Source of the DNA: Rhizophagus irregularis
Lineage: Eukaryota
Reading direction: 5' to 3'
Length of the DNA stretch: 64,000 bases
Assembly (NCBI RefSeq): GCF_026210795.1
Contig: NC_089430.1
Coordinates: 5,022,001-5,086,000, forward strand
Both the position numbers and the translations under genes were made by a program. Below, in pieces: positions 37,752 to 49,531 of this stretch (position 1 is its first letter; each line of letters begins with the position of its first letter). Under the pieces are notes generated by a model. It had not been told where the DNA came from. It was given only the letters and a program-made list of their open reading frames with translations, and did no database searches.

Positions 37752-40413
37752 TTAATTGTTTTGGATAATTATTCCTTTAGATTTATTACTTTGATCTAAA
37801 AAAAAAGTAGAAGAAAAAGAAAATAGAAATTTAGATATATAAATATGAATAAAAAAGAAAATTATAAATATAAACTTAAAATTTACAATCTTCATTAATA
37901 TTCAATTGAAAAACATCAATTTGTAAAGATAAAGATGCTGTTTAATAGATAAAATTTTATTAGCCTTTTTATAATTAATTTATATTTTTCTTTTATCAAA
38001 CAATACCTGTAGATTCCATTTTAATCATATTATCATTTTGTTTATCATCATATTCGTCAGAATTTTTTTCTCCGGAAAATATATTATCAGTAATTTTCAA
38101 TTGAGAAATATCAATTTGTAAAGATTCTATTTAGAGTAAATTAAAACTTATTAATACTTTAATTAATTTGAATATTTTTTCGTAAAAAAAAGTATCGAAA
38201 ATTTATACCACTATTATTATTCTTTTCATAATAATCATCAGAAATTTTTTGTTCAGGAATATTATTATCTTCATTTTTCAATTTATGGAAATCAATCTGT
38301 AAGGATTCTATTTAATAATTTAACAAGTTATTAATAATTAATTTTATGTTGATTTAATACATTAAAATTAGTTGATACCTGAAGCTTTCATGCTTATTAT
38401 ATTATCATTTTGTTCATAATAATCGACAGAATTTTTTGGTTCAGGAAGATTACTATAACTAAGCAATCTACTAGTATAAATGGCACCTGAATGTGTTTCA
38501 TATGATAATCCCAGACTAGTTGAAGTTATAATACTAGTTGATAAACTATTATTAAATTCATCTGCTTCTTTAATTTGTTTGTATAATTCTGTATGAAAAT
38601 CCTGATGCGTTATAATTCTATGCCATTTGTACAAAATACTATCAATTTCTTTTGGTGTTGGACGATTTAATGGGTTTGCATCTAAACATCTTTTAATTAA
38701 ATGCACAATTAATTGTGGTACTTTAGTATTGAATCTTGGTCTAAGTCCTTGACAAATTTTCATTGCTAAACTTATGTCATGGTCTACATCATAATATGGG
38801 GCAATCCGGACATTAATTCATATATAATTATACCAAAACTATAAATATCTGCAGCTTTGGTATAATCTTTGTTTTGCAAAATTTCAGGAGCGATATAAGG
38901 TAAAACACCATATATACCATTTTTTGTATTTTCAGAATTTACAGGTTTACATAATCCCATGTCAGCAATCTTGGCGTAATTAGATACTAATAAATTACCA
39001 GGATGTAAATCTCGATGAATTAATTCATTTTTATGAATATGTTCAAGTCCAGATGCAAGGTATTTTAAATAACTGAACTTATAATTCCAACTTAATTCTT
39101 TGTAATTTTCATCTAAATAATTTCGTAAACTTCCATATTGTGCATAATCCAAGACCATCACATAATTTTTTGTTTCTGGTTCTTGAGTTATACCATAAAA
39201 TTTAATAATTTTATCACTGTCGACTATTTTATAATGCAACATAGCCTATGTAATAATAAAGTTAAAAAAATAAAAAATTAATTTTAATAAAACTTAAAAA
39301 AGTTTTCATTAGACAATGAATAAAATTATACCTCATTTATAAATTTACTATTAATATCTTTTGAATTATTTAAACTTTTCAGAGCCACAAATTTAAGTTG
39401 ACCATTCCTTTCCCAAATTCTATTATATATATCCCATTTGACAATATATCCATCAATCCATTTTGCTCTATATACTTTGCCAAATCCACCTTTTGCAATA
39501 TATTTAATATCACAAAATCTATCATAAGGTATCCATTCTAATGTTTTTGATATGTAAGAATGATCTGATAGCTGACTATCTTGAATAAATTTATCAATAT
39601 CATTATTACCACTGGTCCAACTATTAAAATATTGCTGAAAAATGATTGCCTTACATATTCTACATCTATTATCCATAACGGCCATATAGGTTTTTGTTTC
39701 CGGATCTTGAGTTATTCCATAATTTGCATGTAATGTTGTAATCTAAAAATATTAAATGTTGGTAAAATTTAAAATTTCATAATTCATTGAAAAATAATTT
39801 TATTGAGCTTTTTCAAGTTACTTGATACGTGATTATGATTATTGATTATTTATTATTATTACTAAAATGGAAATGATCTGCGAATGTGGCTAATCATATT
39901 TCTATATATCTCGTATTTATTAAATAATCAATAATCACAATAATCATCACACATCAGGTGATTCATAGGGGTAGCACAATTTTTGAAAAGCGCGATAATA
40001 TATCGTACCTGAGTCCTAAAATCTGATTCGATATTATTCGGATCATCAAAGGTTTTTAGAATTACAAGTAAATTTTGATTAATTCTTTTCCAATTATTTT
40101 TCTCATTATCCCAATAAATTATATTTCCATCAATCCAATTTGCTTTATACATTTTACCAAACCTACTTTCAACACTTTTAATATTATAAAGTCTATCATA
40201 AGGTATCCATTCTACTGCAGCTTTTGATACACCATAATGGTAATGGCCAAAGATATGTGTTGATAGCTGAGTACCTTGAATAAATTTATCAATATTATTA
40301 TTACCACTAGTCCAATTTTTGAAATTTTGTTGAAAATATTTTGCATTACATTTATGGTGACATTTTTCACATATATCATTCAAATTCATATTATGATAAT
40401 TCCAAGGTATCAT
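37752..40413 (-). pseudogene. TKL-group kinase with one degenerate N-lobe module and a 1-nt frameshift in the kinase C-lobe
   Basis: Exons about 40413-40009, 39742-39332 (KGGFGKV, VALK) and 39245-38378 (HRDLHPGN, DMG, APE). SGLP-PYYD is broken at about 38800, where a C run has 4 C and 5 are needed. ESLQID tail exons run to TAA at 37754-37752. The break could be a sequencing error. Confidence 0.8.
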
Positions 40414-40826
40414 TATTTTCTCAAAATAAAAACTTTAATAATAACGATTTTAAAGTTTGGTAACAAAAAATATTGAACTATGAATACGATAAATATATTT
40501 TTATATTACGAATTTAAATCAAGTTTGTAAAATAGAAGGGTTTAATTTCATATATTTTTATTTTCACATTTATATTTAATTACTTTAAATATTAAGTATT
40601 TTACTTGTACGACTCTACTAAATTTCGTACTTTCGTACGAATGATATTAATTAATATTGTAATAAATACAATGGCGAAGTACTGTTTTGTACGACCTGAA
40701 TAAATTATGTGGCTTTCGGCTAAAATTGAAACGATCCTTTTCCGTTATTTATACTTCATGATCGGCAAAATATGAAACAATTAATTAACCTTTTTGCTGA
40801 TTAACTTCAAATATCAATTTTTTTTT

Positions 40827-41067
40827 ACCAAACTAATAATTAGTCTAACGTCCTTTCTGGGCGAAAAATTTGGGGGTAGGGAATAATTTAAACAAACATG
40901 ATATTTAAATATATTATAAATTTCGGAATTTTTGGTAAAATCAAAAATATTCGGTACCACTCAATTTTAGAAAGAGAGAGGGTGCTAAAAACATATCGTG
41001 TGAACATACGCGCCCTTAAAATTCAAAAATGGGAGGACGTTAAGCTAAAAATTAATTTGGAACGACC
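40827..41067. mobile_element. Degenerate copy of the Harbinger/Tourist-like MITE at 45702-45980
   Basis: Shares CTAACGTCCTTTCTGG, ATAATTTAAACAAACATG, GGTAAAATC, GGAGGACGTTAA and the right end ATTAATTTGGAACGACC. The left TIR is eroded. Confidence 0.75.
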
Positions 41068-41469
41068 ACACTTAGAATAAACAAATCAAAATATATTAAG
41101 AATTTCTATGAAATTATTAAGTTGAACATATTTACATCAAATTATTTTGTTAAGGTATAAAATAAAAATTGAATCTTGTTGACTGGTATAATTTCACTTT
41201 GTAATTGAACTTAATAAAGAATATATGATTTTAATAAATAAAAATTTTATTTGATATAAGAATAATTAAGATGCATCTGCATACGATTCGAAGTAGTGTA
41301 ACAAATACGATAACAAAACAACAATGTAAATTCTCATGAAGCACAACATTTGATTTTATTACATGTTACACAATATCCGAATACGAACAAAACTCAGCAT
41401 GAAAATAAGGCTTTTTGTAACATCATTAATAACTATCAAATGATCATGTATAAAAAAGTATTTTATAGT

Positions 41470-41720
41470 TTTAGTCTATCATAAGGTAGATCTATGCCGA
41501 ATATATCGTGTGTTTTGTCACAGGGTGTTTGAAACTATTTAAATTTCTACAATATTTGACGTAGAGTTTCATGTGGATTTTAGTAATAAAATTTCCTGAT
41601 GATAGCTATGTGGTGTAGTAATACTGTAATAGCCAGTAAAATGTGCCGATAGCTGATTATTTTTAATAAATTTATCATCATTATCATTACCACTTGTCCA
41701 ATTTTTGAAATTGTTTATAT
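41470..41720 (-). pseudogene. Relic of a kinase N-lobe module
   Basis: Minus-frame NNFKNWTSGNDNDDKFIKNNQLSAH at about 41718-41640 and PYDRL at about 41487-41473, with unrelated sequence between. Confidence 0.6.
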
Positions 41721-43210
41721 TACGAAATAAAAGTGTTGAACAATAAATTCGGAAGTATAAATTTTTTTAAAAAAGAAAAGTTAATATTTCATAATTATTT
41801 TGCTACTAAATTTCGTACATGTACTACTTTTAAAGCGTATGAAACTACAAATGATATTAATAATATGGTATTTACATCAAATTAATTGATGATTTAAATT
41901 AAAATAAGTCACCTATAAATCTAATTGATCATCGACTCTGAAATTTAACTTTCTAATTAAACAAGGTGATAAAGTATTTTATATTTGAATTTACATTAAA
42001 AATATTTAGTGCTCACCTAAAAGATGAACACACTATGTATACCATCAATAATCTAAAAATTTGTACATGAAAGGAAAATAAAAGTAGAAAATGCCTAGCA
42101 CATGATACTATTATTTATGTATAGCACATGTCCTTTTTCATACATATTTAGACATCTTTGTCAATGAACCCACCTTAAACCCACCTTACATAAAAAACAA
42201 ATCTGAAAAAATAAATAGTAAAAACGAAATAAAACTATAATAATTATCCTAAAATAAAATATAAACTAACAAACATTAAGTAAACAAAACAAAATTGAAG
42301 ACTTAGAAAGTAAACCCTTCATTATTATATATCAAATTCCAATTTCATATTAACAATGACAACAGAAAAATTTCAAAATACAATCATATGTTTTTTTGAA
42401 GTTTCATTTTACTTTGATCAAATCCAAAAACATCTTTTTGATAAAATTGAAAGATTACTATATTTTAAAATATCATTTCCACCTTCTAAACATACATAAT
42501 CGCTTAATCATATGATTATTTGCTTTATTATAGTAATTAGGCAAAATCAATTTATTATAACTTACAACTTAATAAATAAATATAAATTTATCAATATATT
42601 TATACTTTAAAACTCACTAACTGTATCTAAATTGCCCTAGTTGGTTTTAACAAAAAAAAAGTGACATTTAAAATTATTCGAAGTATATATTACGTATTAA
42701 GAAATTTTTCTTCATGATTTTGCTGTGGCAACAATGAGGCTTGATGATTGACATACATTTCAGACATATGTGCAAAATTTGTTTGTTATACATACAATGC
42801 TTGTACTATGATCACTTTTGTACACAATGCATTTTGCATAAATAAAGGCGTTTAATAAAAAAAAGAAAAAAAAAGTTATTTACATTATCTTTTCCAATCA
42901 GAAAGAATTTCAATATAATTATATAGTAATGGCTCTTATTAGTAATGATAAAGGTAATAATCATATATAATATAAACTAATATTTTTAAACAAATTTACT
43001 ATATAATAAAACTAGTTTCTGGTAATATTGAATTTGAAGGAAACGGTTCTAAGGAATTCAAAGAAAGTGGCTTTGAAGAATTTGAAAAAAGTAGTACCAA
43101 GGAATCTAAAGGTATATTATACATACTAAATATTAAATTTTTATTTGTAATACATTTAAATACTATTTATAATTATACCTTACTATATAATATACAAAAT
43201 ACAAATATAG

Positions 43211-45577
43211 CTTGTAAGTTAATAGGTTATCTTATAATTGAATAATAATGGAATTACTTATCATTTTTATTATATTTCTAGTGATTAATAATACTATAGC
43301 CAGTAAGTTATTAGTTATTTAAATTTTTAATTCTTTATTTATTTTACATAATATTTAAATAATTAAATTGAGCAAATTCTTTATTTAATTAACCATTTAA
43401 TACTAATTAATTGTATTACAGATGGTAAGTTACAATATCATATTTATTTGTTTAATATTCAACTAATTATATTCTTAATTTAATAATTTAAATAACTAGA
43501 TTGTAAGCAACATATTTAATTTGCAGTAAATACTTTATATTATATTTATATTTAACTAATAATTAATTAATAATATTAGGGTGTAAGTAGACCCTATATA
43601 GGGGTCAGGTGATGAAAAAAGTTTGCTGTACGCATTTTTTCAGGGCCGGAATTATGATAATGTCAGTCGGTTACTATAATAGGAAATAAAATTCTGACTG
43701 GCATTATCAAAAATTATCTAAAAAGGAAAGATTTTCATAATTTCAAAATACGCAAACTCAAACCTGACCCTTTTATATATATTTCTGGGTCCTGTGTAAG
43801 TTATTGATATCTATATTTCTATTATTTAAACTCACTAAATTCTTTATTTTGTAATTTTTCTTTTAGTTAGTAAGTTATAAGTTATTTATTTAATTCTATT
43901 ATTACTTATTGTTATAATATTTACATATAAACCAAACTAACTAAATTCTTTATTTAAAATATTATTTAATAATTAGGGAGTAAGTTATTTATTTAATTCT
44001 ATGTTTACTTATTGTTATAATATTTACATATAATTTAAATTAACTAAATTCTTTATTTTAAAAAATTATTTAATAATATAGGGAGTAAGTTATATATTTA
44101 ATTCTATTATTATCTAATATTTACGTATAATTTAAACTAACTTTAAAAAAATTATTTTGTAATTTCTTTCAGTTAGTAAGTTATGAGTTATTTATTTAAT
44201 TCTATTATTACTTATTGTTATAATATTTACATAATTTAAACTAAGTTCTTTACTTAAAAAATTATTTAATAATATAGAGTGTAAGTTATTATTTATTCAA
44301 TTCTATTATTACTTATTGTTATAAACTTATAATATTTACATATAGTTTAAAACTACTAACTAAATTCTTTATTTAAATAGATCGTAAGTTATAGGTTATT
44401 TATTTAATTCTATTATTACTTATTGTTATAATAACTAAATTCTTTATTTTTGTAATTTCTTTTAGTTAGTAAGTTATAAGTTATTTATTTAATCTATTAC
44501 TACTCTCTGTTATAATAACTAAATTCTTTATTTAAATTATTTTGTAATTTCTTTTAGTTGGTAAGTTATAAGTTATTTATTTATTTCTATTATTACTTAT
44601 TGGTATAATATTTACATATAATTTAAACTAAATAGGAAGTAAGTTATTTATTTAATTCTATTATTAATTATTGTTATAATATTTACATACAATTTAAACT
44701 AACTTCTTTATTTAAATAGATTGTAAGTCATAAATTATTTATTTGATTCTATTATTACTTATTGTTATAATATTTATATATAATTTAAACTAACTAAATT
44801 CTTTATTTAATAATATAGTGTGTAAGTTATTTATTTAATTCTATTGTTACTTATTGTTATAATATTTGCATATAATTTAACTAAATTATTTATTTAAAAA
44901 TTATTTAATAATATAGGGAGTAAGCATCTTATTATTACTTATTGTTAGTATAATATTAACATATAATTTAAACTAACTAAATTCATTATCTAAAAAATTA
45001 TTTAATAATATAGGGAGTAAGTTATTTATTTAATTCTAATATTGTTATATTATTTACATATAATCTAAACTAACTAAATTCTTTATTTAAAAAATTATTT
45101 AATAATATAGGGAGTGAGTTATTTATTTAATTCTATTATTATTTATTGTTATAATAACTAAATTCTTTATTTAAAAATTATTTTGTAATTTCTTTAGTTG
45201 GTAAGTTATAAGTTATTTATTTAATTCTATTATTACTTATTGTTATAATATTTACATATAATTTAAACTAACTAAATTACTTATTTAAATAGATCGTAAG
45301 TTATAATTTATTTATTTAATTCTATCATTAGTTACTTATTGTTATAATATTTAAACTAACTAAATTTTTATTTATAAAAATTATTTATTAATATAGCTTG
45401 TAAATTATTTGTTATTTCTATTGTTATATATTTTATAAATATTTATTTGTTAATTGAATTCTTTCATATAAAATTTCTGTTACTTTAGTTGGTAAGTTAT
45501 GAAAGATAGGTTGTTATTATATATATTTATACAAAACTAAGACATATATTATATTAAATTTCTATTTAAATTTTAGA
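43211..45577 (+). other. Array of 23 three-nucleotide micro-exons plus one 1-nt exon; the intron units form a roughly 95-bp degenerate tandem repeat
   Basis: AG|NNN|GT at 43211 CTT, 43300 CCA, 43422 ATG, 43500 ATT, 43580 GGT, 43867 TTA, 43977 GGA, 44082 GGA, 44173 TTA, 44278 AGT, 44381 ATC, 44466 TTA, 44558 TTG, 44636 GAA, 44720 ATT, 44819 TGT, 44917 GGA, 45014 GGA, 45111 GGA, 45198 TTG, 45293 ATC, 45397 CTT and 45489 TTG. AG|A|GT at 45577. Donors are mostly GTAAGT. Confidence 0.8.
43589..43793. mobile_element. MITE (205 bp) inserted just after the donor of micro-exon 5
   Basis: Ends AGACCC.../...GGGTCCT flanked by duplicated GTGTAAGT (43581-43588, 43794-43801). Core CAGGGCCGGAAT is shared with 53334-53530 and about 22790-22835. 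Confidence 0.75.
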
Positions 45578-45701
45578 GTAATTGTTGATTTTGATCTTAC
45601 ATTTCAGTGTAATTTTTAATATGAATTTCAATGATAAATTTAATTATTTAAATTTATATATAGATTTGGAAAAAGCGGAAATACAATTATGGATAATTTT
45701 A

Positions 45702-45980
45702 GGCCGTTCCAAATTAATAATTAGTTTAACGTCCTTTCTGGCCAAAAATTTTGAGGGGGGGGGAGGGGATAATTTAAACAAACATGAAAATTAAACATAA
45801 TAAAAATTTCGGAAATTTTTGGTAAAATCGGGAATTCTCGGTACTATTAAATTTTAGTAAAGGAGGGGGTGGTTTAAGCATATTTAAACATATCAAACAT
45901 ATATGTTTAAATCACCCTTGAATTTTTCAAAAATAGAGGGGGGGGGAGGACGTTAAACTAAAGATTAAATTGGAACGGCC
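45702..45980. mobile_element. PIF/Harbinger (Tourist-like) MITE, 279 bp, inside a kinase exon
   Basis: TIR GGCCGTTCCAAATTAAT / ATTAAATTGGAACGGCC. TTA TSD (45699-45701, 45981-45983). Excision restores ...MDNF-ILEKNLKWIPY. Confidence 0.92.
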
Positions 45981-48900
45981 TTATTTTGGAAAAAAATTTA
46001 AAATGGATTCCTTATGATAAATTTAAAAATGTTAAGTATCTTGATAAAGGAGGATTTGGTACTATATATAAAGCTATTTGGTTTTATAATGATAATAATG
46101 AAGTAATTCTTAAATGTCACAATAATTTAAGTAAAAATTTAAATGAATTTTTAAATGAAGTATGATAATATATTATTTATTTTTTTATTTTGAATTATAA
46201 TTTATTTATACTAATATATTATTATGTTTTATAGTGGGAATATCATAAAACTTGTTTAAATTCATATAATATTATTTATTTTTATGGATTTACAAAAAAT
46301 CCAGATACTTTGAAATATATGGTAGTAATGGATTATGCAAACAAAGGTAATTTAAGAGGAAACTTAACAAGAATTGTCAAAAGTGATTGGTATCAAAAAT
46401 TATATATGTTATTTGGAATTATTTCTGGGCTTAATTGTATACATAAACAAGATCTTATTCATTGTGATTTTCATGATGGAAATATTTTAAACCATAATGA
46501 AAGTAAAATTTATATTAGTGATTTAGGATTATGTAAACCTTTAAAATCATTTTTGAAAAAATATGATATTTATGGTGTTATACCATTTATGGCACCAGAA
46601 GTTTTAAGAGGCAATCCTTATACTACAGCTAGTGATATATATAGTTTTTCTATTATTATGTGGGAATTTACATCCGGGGTACCACCATTTAATAATAGAG
46701 CACATGATTTTCAACTTAGTTTAAGTATTTGTGAAGGTGAACGCCCTGAAATTATTGAAAATACTCCACAATGTTATGTAGATTTGATGAAAAAGTGTTG
46801 GGATGAAAACCCATTAAAAAGACCATCTTCTAAAGTATTATTGAAGAGTGGGTTTTTCTTTCAAATAAAGTGAAAGTTGAAGATATTAATGAAGAATTAA
46901 AATACAATATTATGGAATTTATAAATGCACCAATTGGGCAAAGCTATAATCTTACTACTGAATCTCATCCACAGGCATATTATAAAAGTCGCTTTCTTGA
47001 TTTTACTAGTAAACAATTAAATGAAATTCTTGAAAGTAGAGATTTACAAGCTTATTATTCAAGTCAAACTACTAGTGGAAAAGTGAATGAAATTCTTGAA
47101 AGTGAAGATTCACAAACTAGTGTAAAAGTGAATGAAATGAGTAAAAATTTGGATGATTGTATATTTAATTTGAAGTCATTAGGTATGTAATAGTATATAA
47201 AAAGAATTAATTTTGCAAATTATTTATGTGAAATTAATTTTATTTATTTAATTATTTAGATATTAAAACAGATAAAAAATAACTAGTAATTATTTGTGTT
47301 TTTATAAGAATTTATAGTTTTTTACTTAACAAAATTGTTATATTTATTTAAACACTAAGGCTAGAGTATCAGTAAAATATTTTACAATATTCTTAGTTTG
47401 TAATTTAAATAATTCCTTTTTTTATATTTAATTCATATATGTATTCTCTTTTTTTAGAATTATTTAAACACCAAAGCTAGAATAGTAAATATTTTACAAA
47501 TTTCTTAGTTTGTAATTTAAATAAATCTTTTTTTTTAACTTTCCAATTATTAAATATAAATTATCAAAATAATAATATAAGTATATAAACCCATTTCCAA
47601 TGTATAAAATCAAAATAAATAATGTAAAATTTTTTATATTAATTACAATGGCTGATTGTATTTTATTTATATTGTTAACTTTTATTCTTAATAATATTAT
47701 TTGCAATCTGCAAAAATATTCTTTACCTTTTTAAAAAATTATTTTATTAAGACAACATTATACATAACTATACATAAGTATTTTAACTTTATATTAAGTA
47801 CTGGCTAATAGTCAAATTGTAAAGTATTTTTTAGAACTTTTTTGTTTACAGTATCTGTAAATTATTTTTACGAATTTATTATGAGTTTTTTTTACAGATC
47901 ATATTAACATTTCCTAATAAAGATGCATATGGAAAATATCCAACATGTCTAAGTGACAAAAAAGCAATTGATTTTACATTTGCCTATTCAATTCAGAAGG
48001 TTATCTTTGTCTCATAATCTAATTTTAAATAAATTTTCTTAATAATCTTAACACCTTCTAATCAATTTAATATGTAAAAGATATTTGCACAAAATATGGT
48101 TTTTTAATTATGCTATAAAAAATTTTTATTACTAGTTGATCATAATATTCATATATACAAGTTGTTTGGAATAATATCTATAAAAGTAATCAAAGCAATA
48201 AATATTAAAGAACACCTAATAAAATTTACATCCCGATTTCAGCGTATAATGTTGATATTCCAATGAAAATCATAATTGAATAAAATAAATGAAGAATAAA
48301 GTATATATTATTATTCATGGAAAAACTTCATTATGTTGTATATGGGGCGAATTTATCCTTTACAGTTAATTTTATTGATCTTTAGATGCAGATTAGCTTA
48401 GTGCTGTAGTATATTGGTAATGACAAATATAGTAATTTATATCATAATCTCAACTTTGCTTGAAATTTCTACTTTTTTGATAGGTGGTTGAGTTATATGC
48501 CTATTTCTTTTAAATTTATTAGCACGCGAAAAGAGGGATTGAAGATTTACATTTGATTGGGATTTGGGATGAATTATTAGGAAAATCATCCAATAAATCA
48601 AACATTATGTAGTTATATTTGACTTCATAAAGACCCCCAAAAAATTATTTAATTTGATTTCGTAATTGCAAAAATATCTGTTAAGCATTTTGTTAATTAA
48701 AATCAGCAGAAAATTATGTAATTCTTCTCTTCCATTATCCTGAAAGAAAAGAAGAGAGAGAAAAAGAATTATTGATTTTTCCATTGCAAAAAAAAATTCA
48801 TTGGTTTTCAATCACATAGCTTTAGGATTTGAGGCGGATTCAGAAAATCAAATTAAAATGGGTTTTTTGTCATACAAGCAACGCAGGAATTTCATTTAAT

Positions 48901-49531
48901 TTTTGGGTTACTAATTCTATAAAGGAAATCATTTCCTATAATGTTCCTATAATGAGATTTGTAGACTGCCTTACTATCAAAATGATCTTATCGTTAATTC
49001 TCGTAACTTAATAAAAAATAAACATCAACAAATTCGATAATATAGGCCGTTCTCAAGCGCCTTCCTCAATGGGTTAATCATTGACTAAAAAGGCAAAGTG
49101 TGAAGATCATTTAAGTCAAAAAAACCTGGAGCTATAAACCATCTTTTTTTTCATAAAGCTACCAAAAATAGAAAATAATGGAATATAAAAAGAGGTTGCT
49201 CATGCGCCTTACTTCCTTCACTTTCCATTTTACACTATGGATCTTCAGCACTGACAAAAATCAATAATTATATTACTTTTTATATTAGAAGCTATTACAA
49301 AAAATAAAAATATACAAATGCAAAGATCCGATCATTTTTTAACTGTCCTTACCACAACAAATATAATTTTATCAACTGTTTGTTTTCCATCCAGTATAAG
49401 ATTGCAATGTCAGCCAAGACCTAAAACTAAAGGGTTATACTGGTGAAGCAGGCTAGTAGACATTTATTATTATTTATTTATTTTATTTTTATTTATTTTA
49501 ATAATTAATTTATTATTATATACTATCATAG

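Larger units (their letters stand above)
42929..47282 (+). pseudogene. Micro-exon-containing TKL kinase gene (2 leader exons + 23 three-nt exons + one 1-nt exon + kinase), disrupted by a MITE and a frameshift
   Basis: Exon 42929-42953 (MALISNDK), exon 43016-43111, micro-exons 43211-45577. Exon 45664-46159 reads FGKSGNTIMDNF|ILEKNLKWIPYDK..DKGGFGTIYKA..VILK..EFLNE once the MITE is removed. Exon 46235-47182 has HCDFHDGN, DLG and APE, with a frameshift at about 46835. Last exon 47260-47282. Confidence 0.75.

Noticed and set aside
43211..45491. Recursive-splicing (zero-length AG|GT) ratchet points
   Set aside because: AG and GT are consistently separated by exactly 3 nt rather than adjacent. This cannot be fully excluded without RNA data.
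43861..45500. Plain AT-rich minisatellite, or a CRISPR-like repeat array
   Set aside because: The variable part is only 3 nt and is always framed by AG and GT. The pattern continues into non-repetitive introns (43112-43579, 45400-45663) and links two coding exons in frame. There are no spacers or cas genes, and the DNA is eukaryotic.
47494..49011. Short AT-rich ORFs (47494, 48605, 48829) and similar ones at 32138-32894, 40898, 45582, 52984, 61673 and 62679-63211
   Set aside because: I/F/K/N-biased translations typical of chance ORFs in very AT-rich DNA; several lie inside MITEs or introns.
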